A DNA stretch of 45,813 nt, taken from positions 1 to 45,813 of IMG/VR virus record IMGVR_UViG_3300012942_000068; one strand, 5' to 3'. This document shows positions 1 to 7,679 of the stretch, piece by piece. Origin of the DNA: a virus (lineage: Duplodnaviria; Caudoviricetes). The notes beneath the pieces are model-generated. The model had not been told where the DNA came from. It saw only the letters and a list, made by a program, of their open reading frames with translations, and searched no databases. Made by a program: the position numbers and the translations under genes. Numbering within the stretch: the first letter of the stretch is position 1; each line of letters begins with the position of its first letter.

Positions 1-1203
1 ACACGCATTCGTGCTATCGCGGAATTGCGCATGCTCGGCGGCACACTCCGGTACAACGGTGAGATAGTGCCGGAGGGCATGATCCCCTACACGACCCTCG
101 GAGACTTGTCCCCACTCGAAGCAGAAGAGGCTGAACTTGAAGAAAATATTCACCGCAAGGATCTTACTTGGCAAGAGCGCAGCGCCGCCCTCGCTAGACT
201 CCATAATCTCAGATCTAAGCAAGCCCATGCCGAAGGTCGTGTACATACCGTCGCGGACACTGCGGTCGAGGTTAAGGGTCGTTCAGATGGCGGTTTTCAG
301 GCTTCTGTTCGGACGGACCTGATTGTCAGCAAGCATCTGCACATCCCCGAAATAGCAAAGGCAAAGACAGCAAGTGAAGCATTCAAGATCCTCAAGAAAA
401 TTGAAGAGGCTGACAAATTCAAGGCTCGCGCAGAGCTGGTCGGCAAAACCCTCTCTTCCTCCAGTCATCAAGTATTCAATACGAACTGCATCGGATGGAT
501 GCTTGCAGCTGATCCCAATCAATTCGACGTCATCCTCACAGACCCTCCCTACGGGATGGGAGCCGACGAGTTTGGGGATGCTGGAGGCAAGCTCTCGGGT
601 ATTGAGCATCACTACAAGGATGATTATGAAAGCTGGAAAGCCCTGATGCAGGAATGGGCTCCGCTTGCATTCAAAGTAGCAAAGCCGGAATGCCATGCCT
701 ATGTGTTTTGCGACATTGATAACTTCCATGAACTGAAGAAAATCATGCAGCAAGCTGGATGGTGGGTTACACGCACACCATTCATCTGCACGAAGCCCAA
801 TAGCGGCCGCGTTCCGCATCCTGAAAACGGCCCTCGCAGGCAATGGGAAATGATCCTGTACGCGATCAAAGGGAAAAAGAAAACAACTGGAATCTACCCC
901 GATGTCATCACAACCTTCGCCGACGCTAACATGTCCCACGGTGCGCAAAAGCCTGTGGCTCTTTACAGTGACTTGCTCAAACGTTCGGTTCGCCCCGGCG
1001 ACAAAGTCCTTGATAGCTTCGCTGGTTCGGGCACGATCCTTCCGGCCGCCCACGGCTTGAAAGTACAGGCTACCGCCCTGGAGATGAATCCTACATACTA
1101 TGGAATGATCCTGTCGCGGTTGGAATCGTTGAACAATACGACAACCGCAGATGCAAATCAGGGCGCAGCATTGATGGCCGAACTTCAATCCTTAAAGGAA
1201 TAG
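1..1203 (+). CDS. ParB-like domain fused to N6A/N4C DNA methyltransferase (C-terminal part; 5' end lies at the window end)
   Basis: Frame 1 is open from base 1 (TRIRAIAEL...). ParB-like segment ELEENIHRKDLTWQE. MTase motif IV DPPY precedes motif I DSFAGSG (beta class); HGAQKP motif present. Confidence 0.88.
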   Translation, partial: TRIRAIAELRMLGGTLRYNGEIVPEGMIPYTTLGDLSPLEAEEAELEENIHRKDLTWQERSAALARLHNLRSKQAHAEGRVHTVADTAVEVKGRSDGGFQASVRTDLIVSKHLHIPEIAKAKTASEAFKILKKIEEADKFKARAELVGKTLSSSSHQVFNTNCIGWMLAADPNQFDVILTDPPYGMGADEFGDAGGKLSGIEHHYKDDYESWKALMQEWAPLAFKVAKPECHAYVFCDIDNFHELKKIMQQAGWWVTRTPFICTKPNSGRVPHPENGPRRQWEMILYAIKGKKKTTGIYPDVITTFADANMSHGAQKPVALYSDLLKRSVRPGDKVLDSFAGSGTILPAAHGLKVQATALEMNPTYYGMILSRLESLNNTTTADANQGAALMAELQSLKE

Positions 1204-1205
1204 TC

Positions 1206-1415
1206 ATGCTCGAATCTAACATTGAGAGGCTTCGGCCATGGAAACCGGATCTGGTGATGATAAGCACGGCAGTAGGGGCTCCAATGGACCTTCCAGAAAA
1301 TCCGGTGTTTCGAACAACCATTCGAATGGTAAAGGCTCGAAATATTTCGCGCAGCGTTCTGCAAAAAATCTGCGATCCTCACTACCTCGACAATGCCCTA
1401 AAAGGCGGAAGCTAA
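1206..1415 (+). CDS. hypothetical protein
   Basis: AAGGA SD; ATG 2 nt after the MTase stop. Confidence 0.5.
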   Translation: MLESNIERLRPWKPDLVMISTAVGAPMDLPENPVFRTTIRMVKARNISRSVLQKICDPHYLDNALKGGS

Positions 1416-1663
1416 GGAAAGGTGAATGGACTTGCACCTGCACTTCGTACACATTCCCCCACCGCTTCGGCGGTGGCGCTTGTCGCGGTCTGTGGATCGT
1501 ACAGGAAACGTGGGAAAACAACTACGGCAGCGCAGCGCCTTGCGACGATTGCAATGCACGCGTCGATGGCTGCTGCGAGGTCATGGATGGAAGAGAACGC
1601 CTTATCTGCTGTGAGGCGTTGCTAGAATTCATCGACAGTAACGAGATAAAATACAGGAAATAA
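1238..1663 (+). CDS. Cys-rich hypothetical protein (true start uncertain, probably near 1393)
   Basis: C-terminal 90 aa contain CTC..H..C, CDDC, CC, CC; ends 2 nt before the polA start. Confidence 0.55.
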   Translation: METGSGDDKHGSRGSNGPSRKSGVSNNHSNGKGSKYFAQRSAKNLRSSLPRQCPKRRKLRKGEWTCTCTSYTFPHRFGGGACRGLWIVQETWENNYGSAAPCDDCNARVDGCCEVMDGRERLICCEALLEFIDSNEIKYRK

Positions 1664-1665
1664 CA

Positions 1666-4074
1666 ATGGCTGCACTGAGCATACGGCCTAGCGGGCCGAT
1701 GAACGCGAAAATTATGATTGTTGGTGACGCCCCTCAAGAGCAGGATCTTCGGAGGGGCGAGCCATTTATTGGGGGCGGTGGATTTGAACTGACCAAAATG
1801 CTCCAAGAGGCAGGCATTCGCCGGGAGGACTGCTATCTAACAACTGTGTTTAAACAACGGGTGTTCCCCGGCGAAAAGAACATTATCGAAAAGAAGAAGG
1901 ATCAAAGCTCTGCAGATATTGTCTACCACGGACAACACATCACTAGAAAGCTGATGGATGCCTGCACTGATCTGCAGATGGAAATTGAAAAGATCAAACC
2001 CAATGTCATTTGCACTGTTGGGAATTTGGCGCTGTTTGCATTGACCGGGGAGACTTCCAGCTACAACTGGCGTTCGTCCATTATGGACAGCAAGTTGACG
2101 CAGGGGTATAAGGTTATCCCGACCCTTGATTACAACCTTATCCATACGCAATGGGCGCGTAGGAACTGGATGGTGCATGACCTCAAACGGGTAAAAGAAA
2201 ACAGCTTAACAGGAGGGGTTTTCCACCGTGAGTACTCTAGATTAATCGCGGTAAATAACTCCGACGAACAGTTTCGAAAGATCGTAGCATGCCTAGAATG
2301 GATCAAGGAATCTCATCTATCGGCTCCTGATACCCCTTTGGCCTGTGACATTGAAACTAAAGCCGGTCACATCACCTGCATTTCATTTGCATGGGAAAAG
2401 CATAGTGGTATCTGCGTGCAATTGACCCATCCCCGGACATTGGATAGTTTCTGGTCGCTCGACCAAGAAGCCCTTCTCGTTCGGCTGATGATCCAGATCC
2501 TCACCGATCGCAATGTACTGCTCGTCGGACAGAATTTTAACTACGACTTGCAGTATCTCTACCGGCATTGGGGAGTCTGCCCGGAGAACGTCGCCGACAC
2601 GATGCTAATGCAGCATTCTGCGTTCAGCAATCTCCCCAAAAACCTCGGATTTCTGTCCAGCATGTACTGCGACGACCATCTTTATTGGAAGGATGACCGC
2701 ACAGACTGGAAGGACGGTGAGGACGGCGAAGATGTAATGAAGTATTGGGAGTATTGCACGACAGACAGCTGCCGCACATTGGCCGTCTACCATGTTTTGA
2801 AGGTAGTTCTGAAAAAGATGCAACTCGAAGAGGTCAACACTTTCCAGCAACGTCTACGCCGTCGCGTTCTGCGATCCATGATTCGTGGTGTTCGCGTTGA
2901 CGAGAAGAAGCGCAATGAGCTTTCCATGCATTTGATGGAGGAAGCCCAAACACGCATGCACTGGATGCGAGAAGTCTGCGGCTACGATATCAACATCCGC
3001 TCCCCTAAGCAGATGCAGGATTTTTTCTATCGACAGATGGGCCTCAAGCCCCTTCACTCAAAAACCGGTGGAGTAACTACAAATGATGCTGCCCTTCGAA
3101 CCCTCGGCAGTCGCGAGCCTATCCTTTGGCCTATTGTCCGGAAAATTTCTGAACTCCGCTCTTTGGGTGTGTTTCACAGCACCTTTGTCATGGCAGGCTT
3201 GGACAGCGACCGTCGCATGCGATGCTCGTTCAATATTGCAGGGACTGAAACATACCGCTTCTCGTCTACGAAGAATGCTTTCGGGACGGGAATGAATATG
3301 CAAAATATCCCCAAGGGCGGTGAAACTGCTGATCTTGAGGATGCACTGGAACTACCAAACATCCGTGAGCTATTCATTCCAGATGAAGGCTACACATTCT
3401 GGGACATTGACCTCGATAGTGCTGACCTGCGGATTGTTACGTCGGAAAGCCGTTGTAAATGGATGAAGGAACAATTTCGTCTCGGCAATAAACCTTATGT
3501 TGAAGTGATGCGAGAATACTTTCATGACCAGACCATGTCCAAAAATTCGCATCCTCGCGAATACACGATGTTTAAGTCCCTCTGCCATGGCACAAATTAC
3601 CTTGGTACTGCAGAAGGTATTGCGCCACGAATTGGCCTGCTCGTACAAGAGTGTGAACGGATCCAAAAATGGTACTTTGGTCTGTGCCCGGAGATTAAAG
3701 AATGGCAGGAAGAAATTAAGAAACAAGTCTCAGGACGCAGGTATGTTGAAAATGCGTTTGGATACCGCAATTATTTCTTTGATAAAATTGAGGGAACCAT
3801 CTTTAATCAAGCTATTGCATGGATACCACAATCGTCGGTGGCATGCCTTATTAACCGCGCCTACGATGAGATTGACGAGAAGTTCGGTAACTGGATTCAG
3901 ATTCTTCTCCAAGTCCACGATAGCCTTGCGGGTCAGTTCCCGACAAGTCGAAAGGAAGAAGCACTGAAACTCATCCGAGATACTGCTAGTGCAATTGCCA
4001 TTCCCTACGATGATCCTTTGTACATTCCGGTTGGCGTAGTCAGTTCAGAGAATTCTTGGGGAGAATGTGAATGA
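1666..4074 (+). CDS. polA: Family A DNA polymerase with N-terminal family-4 UDG-like domain and 3'-5' exonuclease
   Basis: UDG-like IVGDAP..D...GEPFIG; Exo I CDIET, Exo II GQNFNYDL, Exo III YCTTD; TETYRFSS, NMQNIP; motif A DLDSADLR, motif B KSLCHGTNY, motif C QVHDS. Confidence 0.95.
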   Translation: MAALSIRPSGPMNAKIMIVGDAPQEQDLRRGEPFIGGGGFELTKMLQEAGIRREDCYLTTVFKQRVFPGEKNIIEKKKDQSSADIVYHGQHITRKLMDACTDLQMEIEKIKPNVICTVGNLALFALTGETSSYNWRSSIMDSKLTQGYKVIPTLDYNLIHTQWARRNWMVHDLKRVKENSLTGGVFHREYSRLIAVNNSDEQFRKIVACLEWIKESHLSAPDTPLACDIETKAGHITCISFAWEKHSGICVQLTHPRTLDSFWSLDQEALLVRLMIQILTDRNVLLVGQNFNYDLQYLYRHWGVCPENVADTMLMQHSAFSNLPKNLGFLSSMYCDDHLYWKDDRTDWKDGEDGEDVMKYWEYCTTDSCRTLAVYHVLKVVLKKMQLEEVNTFQQRLRRRVLRSMIRGVRVDEKKRNELSMHLMEEAQTRMHWMREVCGYDINIRSPKQMQDFFYRQMGLKPLHSKTGGVTTNDAALRTLGSREPILWPIVRKISELRSLGVFHSTFVMAGLDSDRRMRCSFNIAGTETYRFSSTKNAFGTGMNMQNIPKGGETADLEDALELPNIRELFIPDEGYTFWDIDLDSADLRIVTSESRCKWMKEQFRLGNKPYVEVMREYFHDQTMSKNSHPREYTMFKSLCHGTNYLGTAEGIAPRIGLLVQECERIQKWYFGLCPEIKEWQEEIKKQVSGRRYVENAFGYRNYFFDKIEGTIFNQAIAWIPQSSVACLINRAYDEIDEKFGNWIQILLQVHDSLAGQFPTSRKEEALKLIRDTASAIAIPYDDPLYIPVGVVSSENSWGECE
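2219..2258. repeat. 40-bp palindromic element, copy 1 (inside polA)
   Basis: TTTTCCACCGTGAGTACT-CTAG-ATTAATCGCGGTAAATAA. Confidence 0.85.
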
Positions 4075-4232
4075 ATAAACTCAACCGTACTTTCTTGAAT
4101 CAAACCAAACCTCACATCTTTTTCAATTGGGGGATGTGGTATTGCGTGAACAAGGATAAAGCTTCCGGCGGGCATCTAACAATAAAGGATGCTTTCAATT
4201 CCTGGAAAAACAAAGGAAAATATTATGTATAG
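4071..4232 (+). CDS. small hypothetical protein (53 aa, MNKLNRTFLNQTKPHIFF...)
   Basis: ATGA overlap with the polA stop; translated by hand (below the ORF-track cutoff). Confidence 0.55.
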   Translation: MNKLNRTFLNQTKPHIFFNWGMWYCVNKDKASGGHLTIKDAFNSWKNKGKYYV

Positions 4233-4530
4233 TTACTTTGTCTGGTGGCACGACGTTGATGGTGAATTCTTTCGACTTAATATCGCTACAGGCATTCGCC
4301 CTTCAGAAATGCTAGAGCGGATGGATGAATTCTTTGCTTCTATCCACAAGCGTGCAGCCGAATTGCGTTGGCCTGAATTAAAAGAGATTGCAGACTGGCG
4401 CTGGATCATCGATCCTGCGCACACCGACCCTGTAATTTGGAGTAACCCAACCACCAACGAAAAGCTTGGTGTATTAAAGCTATCAGGGAAATATCCGGGT
4501 CGTAGGATCGTTCAAATTAACTATAACTGA
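4225..4530 (+). CDS. hypothetical protein
   Basis: AAGGA SD before ATG 4225; overlaps the previous stop. Confidence 0.65.
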   Translation: MYSYFVWWHDVDGEFFRLNIATGIRPSEMLERMDEFFASIHKRAAELRWPELKEIADWRWIIDPAHTDPVIWSNPTTNEKLGVLKLSGKYPGRRIVQINYN

Positions 4531-4537
4531 GGCTATC

Positions 4538-4750
4538 ATGACTGATATTGTTCGTGTTTTACGGATTCTGGAATACGTTGGTCCACGAGAGCATATCGAA
4601 CATACGCTGGCAATTGGAGCAGTTCCAACCAACGGTGAGCGCAGGTATGGAAACAGTATCATCCGTTCCGCAATCATCGGCCAATATCCCGAAATCCTCG
4701 AACGGGTGCATACGGATCCGGGCGAGACGGACCCGAACCACGGGGGTTGA
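4538..4750 (+). CDS. hypothetical protein
   Basis: GAGG SD; tight gene packing. Confidence 0.65.
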   Translation: MTDIVRVLRILEYVGPREHIEHTLAIGAVPTNGERRYGNSIIRSAIIGQYPEILERVHTDPGETDPNHGG

Positions 4751-4822
4751 CCCATCCTATCAATGGGGCGTTGCAACGGTTTGTAGCGCTCAGTGAACTT
4801 TACTAAATATCAAGAGATTGCT

Positions 4823-5173
4823 ATGTCTAACAGACCTAAGATCGTTCAAATCGCTGTAGCTCCACAGACTGAAGGCGATTTCATGTTGTATGGAATCGAT
4901 AATTTTGGGCAGCTGTGGGAATATTGCTTTTATCACCCGCCAAGGACTGAGCTGCACTACAGTGGTGCTAAGTTTATGCAGCCGTTGAGAAATGTCTTCC
5001 ATGAGCCGATGAAGCAAGAAGACATTGAAAAGTATGAAAAGCTTGTTGCCACTGGTGAATGGAAAGCTCAACACATTGCAGGTCAACGTGGGGGATGGTC
5101 GTTGATGCGTGGAGAAGTTGCAGAACCTATCTACACAAAACTGGACCCGAGATACGATGATGAAGCATCGTGA
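4823..5173 (+). CDS. hypothetical protein
   Basis: Last + strand ORF before the terminator; likely start MSNRPKIVQIAV. Confidence 0.65.
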   Translation: MSNRPKIVQIAVAPQTEGDFMLYGIDNFGQLWEYCFYHPPRTELHYSGAKFMQPLRNVFHEPMKQEDIEKYEKLVATGEWKAQHIAGQRGGWSLMRGEVAEPIYTKLDPRYDDEAS

Positions 5174-5184
5174 ATTATAAGCAC

Positions 5185-5215
5185 AAACCCCGGATCAACC
5201 TTCAATCCGGGGTTT
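5185..5215. terminator. probable bidirectional intrinsic terminator between convergent arms
   Basis: AAACCCCGGAT / ATCCGGGGTTT 11-bp stem at the convergence point. Confidence 0.75.
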
Positions 5216-5252
5216 CTTACCGTGATTAATCCAAATTAATCACGGTAAATTA
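5213..5252. repeat. 40-bp palindromic element, copy 2
   Basis: TTACCGTGATTAAT-CCAA-ATTAATCACGGTAA, perfect 14-bp arms. Confidence 0.95.
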
Positions 5253-5471
5253 CTTGCTGAGTGCCGCCGTAATCTGTGCCAGCAATGCCTGCCGGGCTGC
5301 CGTGTCAATTCCCTGAATCTGTGCCCACTCATCTGCTGTGAAGGTCGTCCGGCCCTCGCCCGACGCCTTCTGAATCAGCCCTGAAATCGTCGTGATATTG
5401 GCCGTTGCCTGCGAAAGTGCAGTCGTTAGCTGCAGCAACAGGCTGATTGCTTCTGCAATAGTCATAATCAT
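5250..5471 (-). CDS. hypothetical protein (end of lysis region)
   Basis: GGAGG SD; ATGA overlap with the upstream gene. Confidence 0.7.
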   Translation of the reverse strand: MIMTIAEAISLLLQLTTALSQATANITTISGLIQKASGEGRTTFTADEWAQIQGIDTAARQALLAQITAALSK

Positions 5472-5743
5472 TTCCCCTCCAGTTGATGCTTTGCAGCTTG
5501 TCCTTTCTGATAAGGCATCCACTCAGCATAACGACCCTCTTCAGGTTTTTCGTCAGCATCCTGCAGCAACTGCACAGATTCCTGAAAAAGAAATCCACCG
5601 TTATGAGGGAAAACCTGAAGATTCACACACCTATCCCCCCATACATGCACCACGATAGCTGCTAGAGGTTGCCCATTACGCTCAGCAAAATCCCCTTTCT
5701 TCGGGATGAACCACACAATTCGACCGACAGTTGGAACAATCAT
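5468..5743 (-). CDS. phage hypothetical protein ([12 protein letters not shown]...)
   Basis: ATGA-coupled at both ends; PTVGRIV..AAIV..V...VNL pattern common in small phage proteins. Confidence 0.75.
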   Translation of the reverse strand: MIVPTVGRIVWFIPKKGDFAERNGQPLAAIVVHVWGDRCVNLQVFPHNGGFLFQESVQLLQDADEKPEEGRYAEWMPYQKGQAAKHQLEGK

Positions 5744-5880
5744 TTCTTTCTCCCTTTGTTACTCTTGCCTGCCTTCGACAGTGCAATCGCAACTGCTTGT
5801 TTCTGCGGTTTGCCAGCCTTCATTTCAGTCTTGATATTCTCGCTGACTGTCTTTTTGCTGCTACCCTTTTTGAGTGGCAT
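5740..5880 (-). CDS. small Lys-rich protein ([40 protein letters not shown]...)
   Basis: Translated by hand, 46 aa; the [12 protein letters not shown] motif is widespread in phages; GGAGAGG SD. Confidence 0.8.
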   Translation of the reverse strand: MPLKKGSSKKTVSENIKTEMKAGKPQKQAVAIALSKAGKSNKGRKK

Positions 5881-5892
5881 CATCCTCTCCCG

Positions 5893-6306
5893 TCAAATCC
5901 CAGGTGCAGATGCAGATACCGGAGAAGACGCAGAGCCCGCAGTACCGACTGATGGCAGCAGTGCCTGAGCCGCTTGCAGCAAAATCATCACGTCCGACAG
6001 ATCTTTGGTCACTGTATCGCTTCCAGAAGGCGACGACTGCAGGATCAATTCTGCGGCGTCCAGCGTAGTACGGGCCGTATCCGTGTCCGATAGGATTGTC
6101 TCAGCAGTGTTCACGCTGATCGTTCCTCCCTGAAGGGCAGTTGCTGCAGCCTGTCGAAGGCTCGCTACCGTTCCGTAGGCATACGCTACCGCCTCCGAAG
6201 GACTTTGCGGAGTCGCTGCCCCAAAGATACTGCAACCTGCAGCGCAGCCAAACACAGATACTGCGAACAGCGCCAGCCAAAAATCCCTTTTCAATTGCTT
6301 CCACAT
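5893..6306 (-). CDS. putative lipoprotein (o-spanin-like)
   Basis: Signal peptide with lipobox candidates VFGC/AAGC; AAGGAG SD; lies in the lysis cassette. Confidence 0.65.
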   Translation of the reverse strand: MWKQLKRDFWLALFAVSVFGCAAGCSIFGAATPQSPSEAVAYAYGTVASLRQAAATALQGGTISVNTAETILSDTDTARTTLDAAELILQSSPSGSDTVTKDLSDVMILLQAAQALLPSVGTAGSASSPVSASAPGI

Positions 6307-6316
6307 TTGCTGCTCC

Positions 6317-6595
6317 TTACTGTTTAGGGACCGAAGTGGTCGTCGTAGTTGTCGAAATAGCACCAGCTGGCAGCGGAGGCAGATCAGGAACACTTCCCAA
6401 CACTCCCGCAGTGTGCAAAGCCTTCAGCACAGTCCGCGCTGCTACATAAACCGCCCCACCCACTGCAACCCAAGGCGCATATTGTGCCGGAACAAACCCC
6501 ACTGCTATAGGAAGTATCGTAGCGATTGCCACATACAGTTCACTGCTCTGCCAACCCGGTTTCGGGGTACTAGGAACGCTGTTCGAAGTGCTCAT
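6317..6595 (-). CDS. membrane protein (holin/antiholin or spanin-associated)
   Basis: Two hydrophobic segments; KPGWQSSELY N-terminus; directly downstream of the endolysin. Confidence 0.6.
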   Translation of the reverse strand: MSTSNSVPSTPKPGWQSSELYVAIATILPIAVGFVPAQYAPWVAVGGAVYVAARTVLKALHTAGVLGSVPDLPPLPAGAISTTTTTTSVPKQ

Positions 6596-7071
6596 TCTGG
6601 AAGTCCTCCCTGTTGAAGATTTGCTGCGATTCGATTCATCCTGCCGTTTGCATATTGAGGTTGCTTCAAACTAGCGAAGTACCGCAAACGGCGAGCGTTG
6701 TACTTCGCGACGAACTCCCACGGGTTCATCTTCGCGATGGCTGCTTCCGTCAGCGGACCGGGCTTGCCATCATCCGGGACACCTGCAACCAACTGTGCAA
6801 GCTGGTAGGATGGCCCACCATTGTAGTGGAAATCCAACAACTGGAAGGCCGCCCACGTGGGCAGGTTGTCCAGATGCAGATCGTCCCAATACTCAGTTTT
6901 AGCAATCGCCTCGGCGGTCGATTGTGGGAGGGCGGTCATATCCCCGGCATACCCGTTGCGACGCGCCACAGCCTCGGTTATGCCCCATCGCGTGGGCCCG
7001 CCGTTGTCGACAACAAACCCTCCCTCATTGCCGAGCAGCAGCTTCCAAGCTGCATCGAAATTAGCCGACAT
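6592..7071 (-). CDS. endolysin, glycoside hydrolase family 108
   Basis: NEGGFV..D.GGPTRWGIT motif; C-terminal peptidoglycan-binding-like DDGKPGPLT and GRMNRI. Confidence 0.92.
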   Translation of the reverse strand: MSANFDAAWKLLLGNEGGFVVDNGGPTRWGITEAVARRNGYAGDMTALPQSTAEAIAKTEYWDDLHLDNLPTWAAFQLLDFHYNGGPSYQLAQLVAGVPDDGKPGPLTEAAIAKMNPWEFVAKYNARRLRYFASLKQPQYANGRMNRIAANLQQGGLPE

Positions 7072-7357
7072 TCTTCTTCCCCTCCACAAGCTGTTTCATC
7101 TTCGTCCGGATCAGCTTTTCGATGAACTGCTGTCCGACGATGCCAAAGGCACTGCCAATCGACAGCAGTGCCAACGGCGGGATATTCGGAATCTTTATCA
7201 GCACCACCCCCGCAAGCAAGCTCGTCGCCGATCCAAGGATCGCACGCCCGACCACAACTCGCACAGTGATATGCTCGCTGCTCACAAGCAGCTTTGCCAC
7301 TGCAATCAGAGCACCCATGGTAGCAAGTCCCCAAAAAGATCGCTCATATTCTTGCAT
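7061..7357 (-). CDS. holin (P2 gpY-like family)
   Basis: Three TM segments; GALIAVAKLL..E.IT.R.VVGRAILGS pattern; directly upstream of the endolysin. Confidence 0.85.
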   Translation of the reverse strand: MQEYERSFWGLATMGALIAVAKLLVSSEHITVRVVVGRAILGSATSLLAGVVLIKIPNIPPLALLSIGSAFGIVGQQFIEKLIRTKMKQLVEGKKNVG

Positions 7358-7385
7358 AAAGCCCCCGAAAATGAAACACTTGTAT

Positions 7386-7664
7386 TTATGCTTGAGGCTG
7401 TCCCGGCTCTAAAACATCTGATGCCCCAACAAATTCAGGCAATGTTTTTAAGTAGGCATAGGCTTGCTGCATAGGGTTAACACCAATCAAAATATAAGGA
7501 GCCGTAAAATACTCCTCCATAAATGATGGAACTCCCTTAGATGCAGCATAACGTCGCAATATGAAAAAAATTTCCGATTTTGAAATACTTACTTCCTCCA
7601 CACGGCAGTAAGCACCATTCACACTAATACCTTGTTGTGATACAGAATTGATAGTAATAGCCAT
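7386..7664 (-). CDS. putative tail-fibre-associated/assembly protein
   Basis: Follows the tail fibre; QAYAYLKTLPEF motif common after fibre genes; AT-rich like the fibre gene. Confidence 0.65.
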   Translation of the reverse strand: MAITINSVSQQGISVNGAYCRVEEVSISKSEIFFILRRYAASKGVPSFMEEYFTAPYILIGVNPMQQAYAYLKTLPEFVGASDVLEPGQPQA

Positions 7665-7679
7665 GATAACTCCCTTAAA

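Noticed and set aside
283-1188. Long antisense ORFs (also 22164..22910, 26466..27335, 34858..35598, 34935..35696, 38579..39220)
   Set aside because: Shadows of well-supported genes on the opposite strand, with no motifs
5213-5252. Palindromes as intrinsic terminators or recombinase (dif/lox) sites
   Set aside because: AT-rich stems with non-compensated mismatches, and real terminators lie beside some copies; 4-bp variable spacer and no recombinase gene
6851-6862. GCCCACGTGGGC palindrome as a second parS
   Set aside because: Shares only CACGTG with parS and lies inside the endolysin gene
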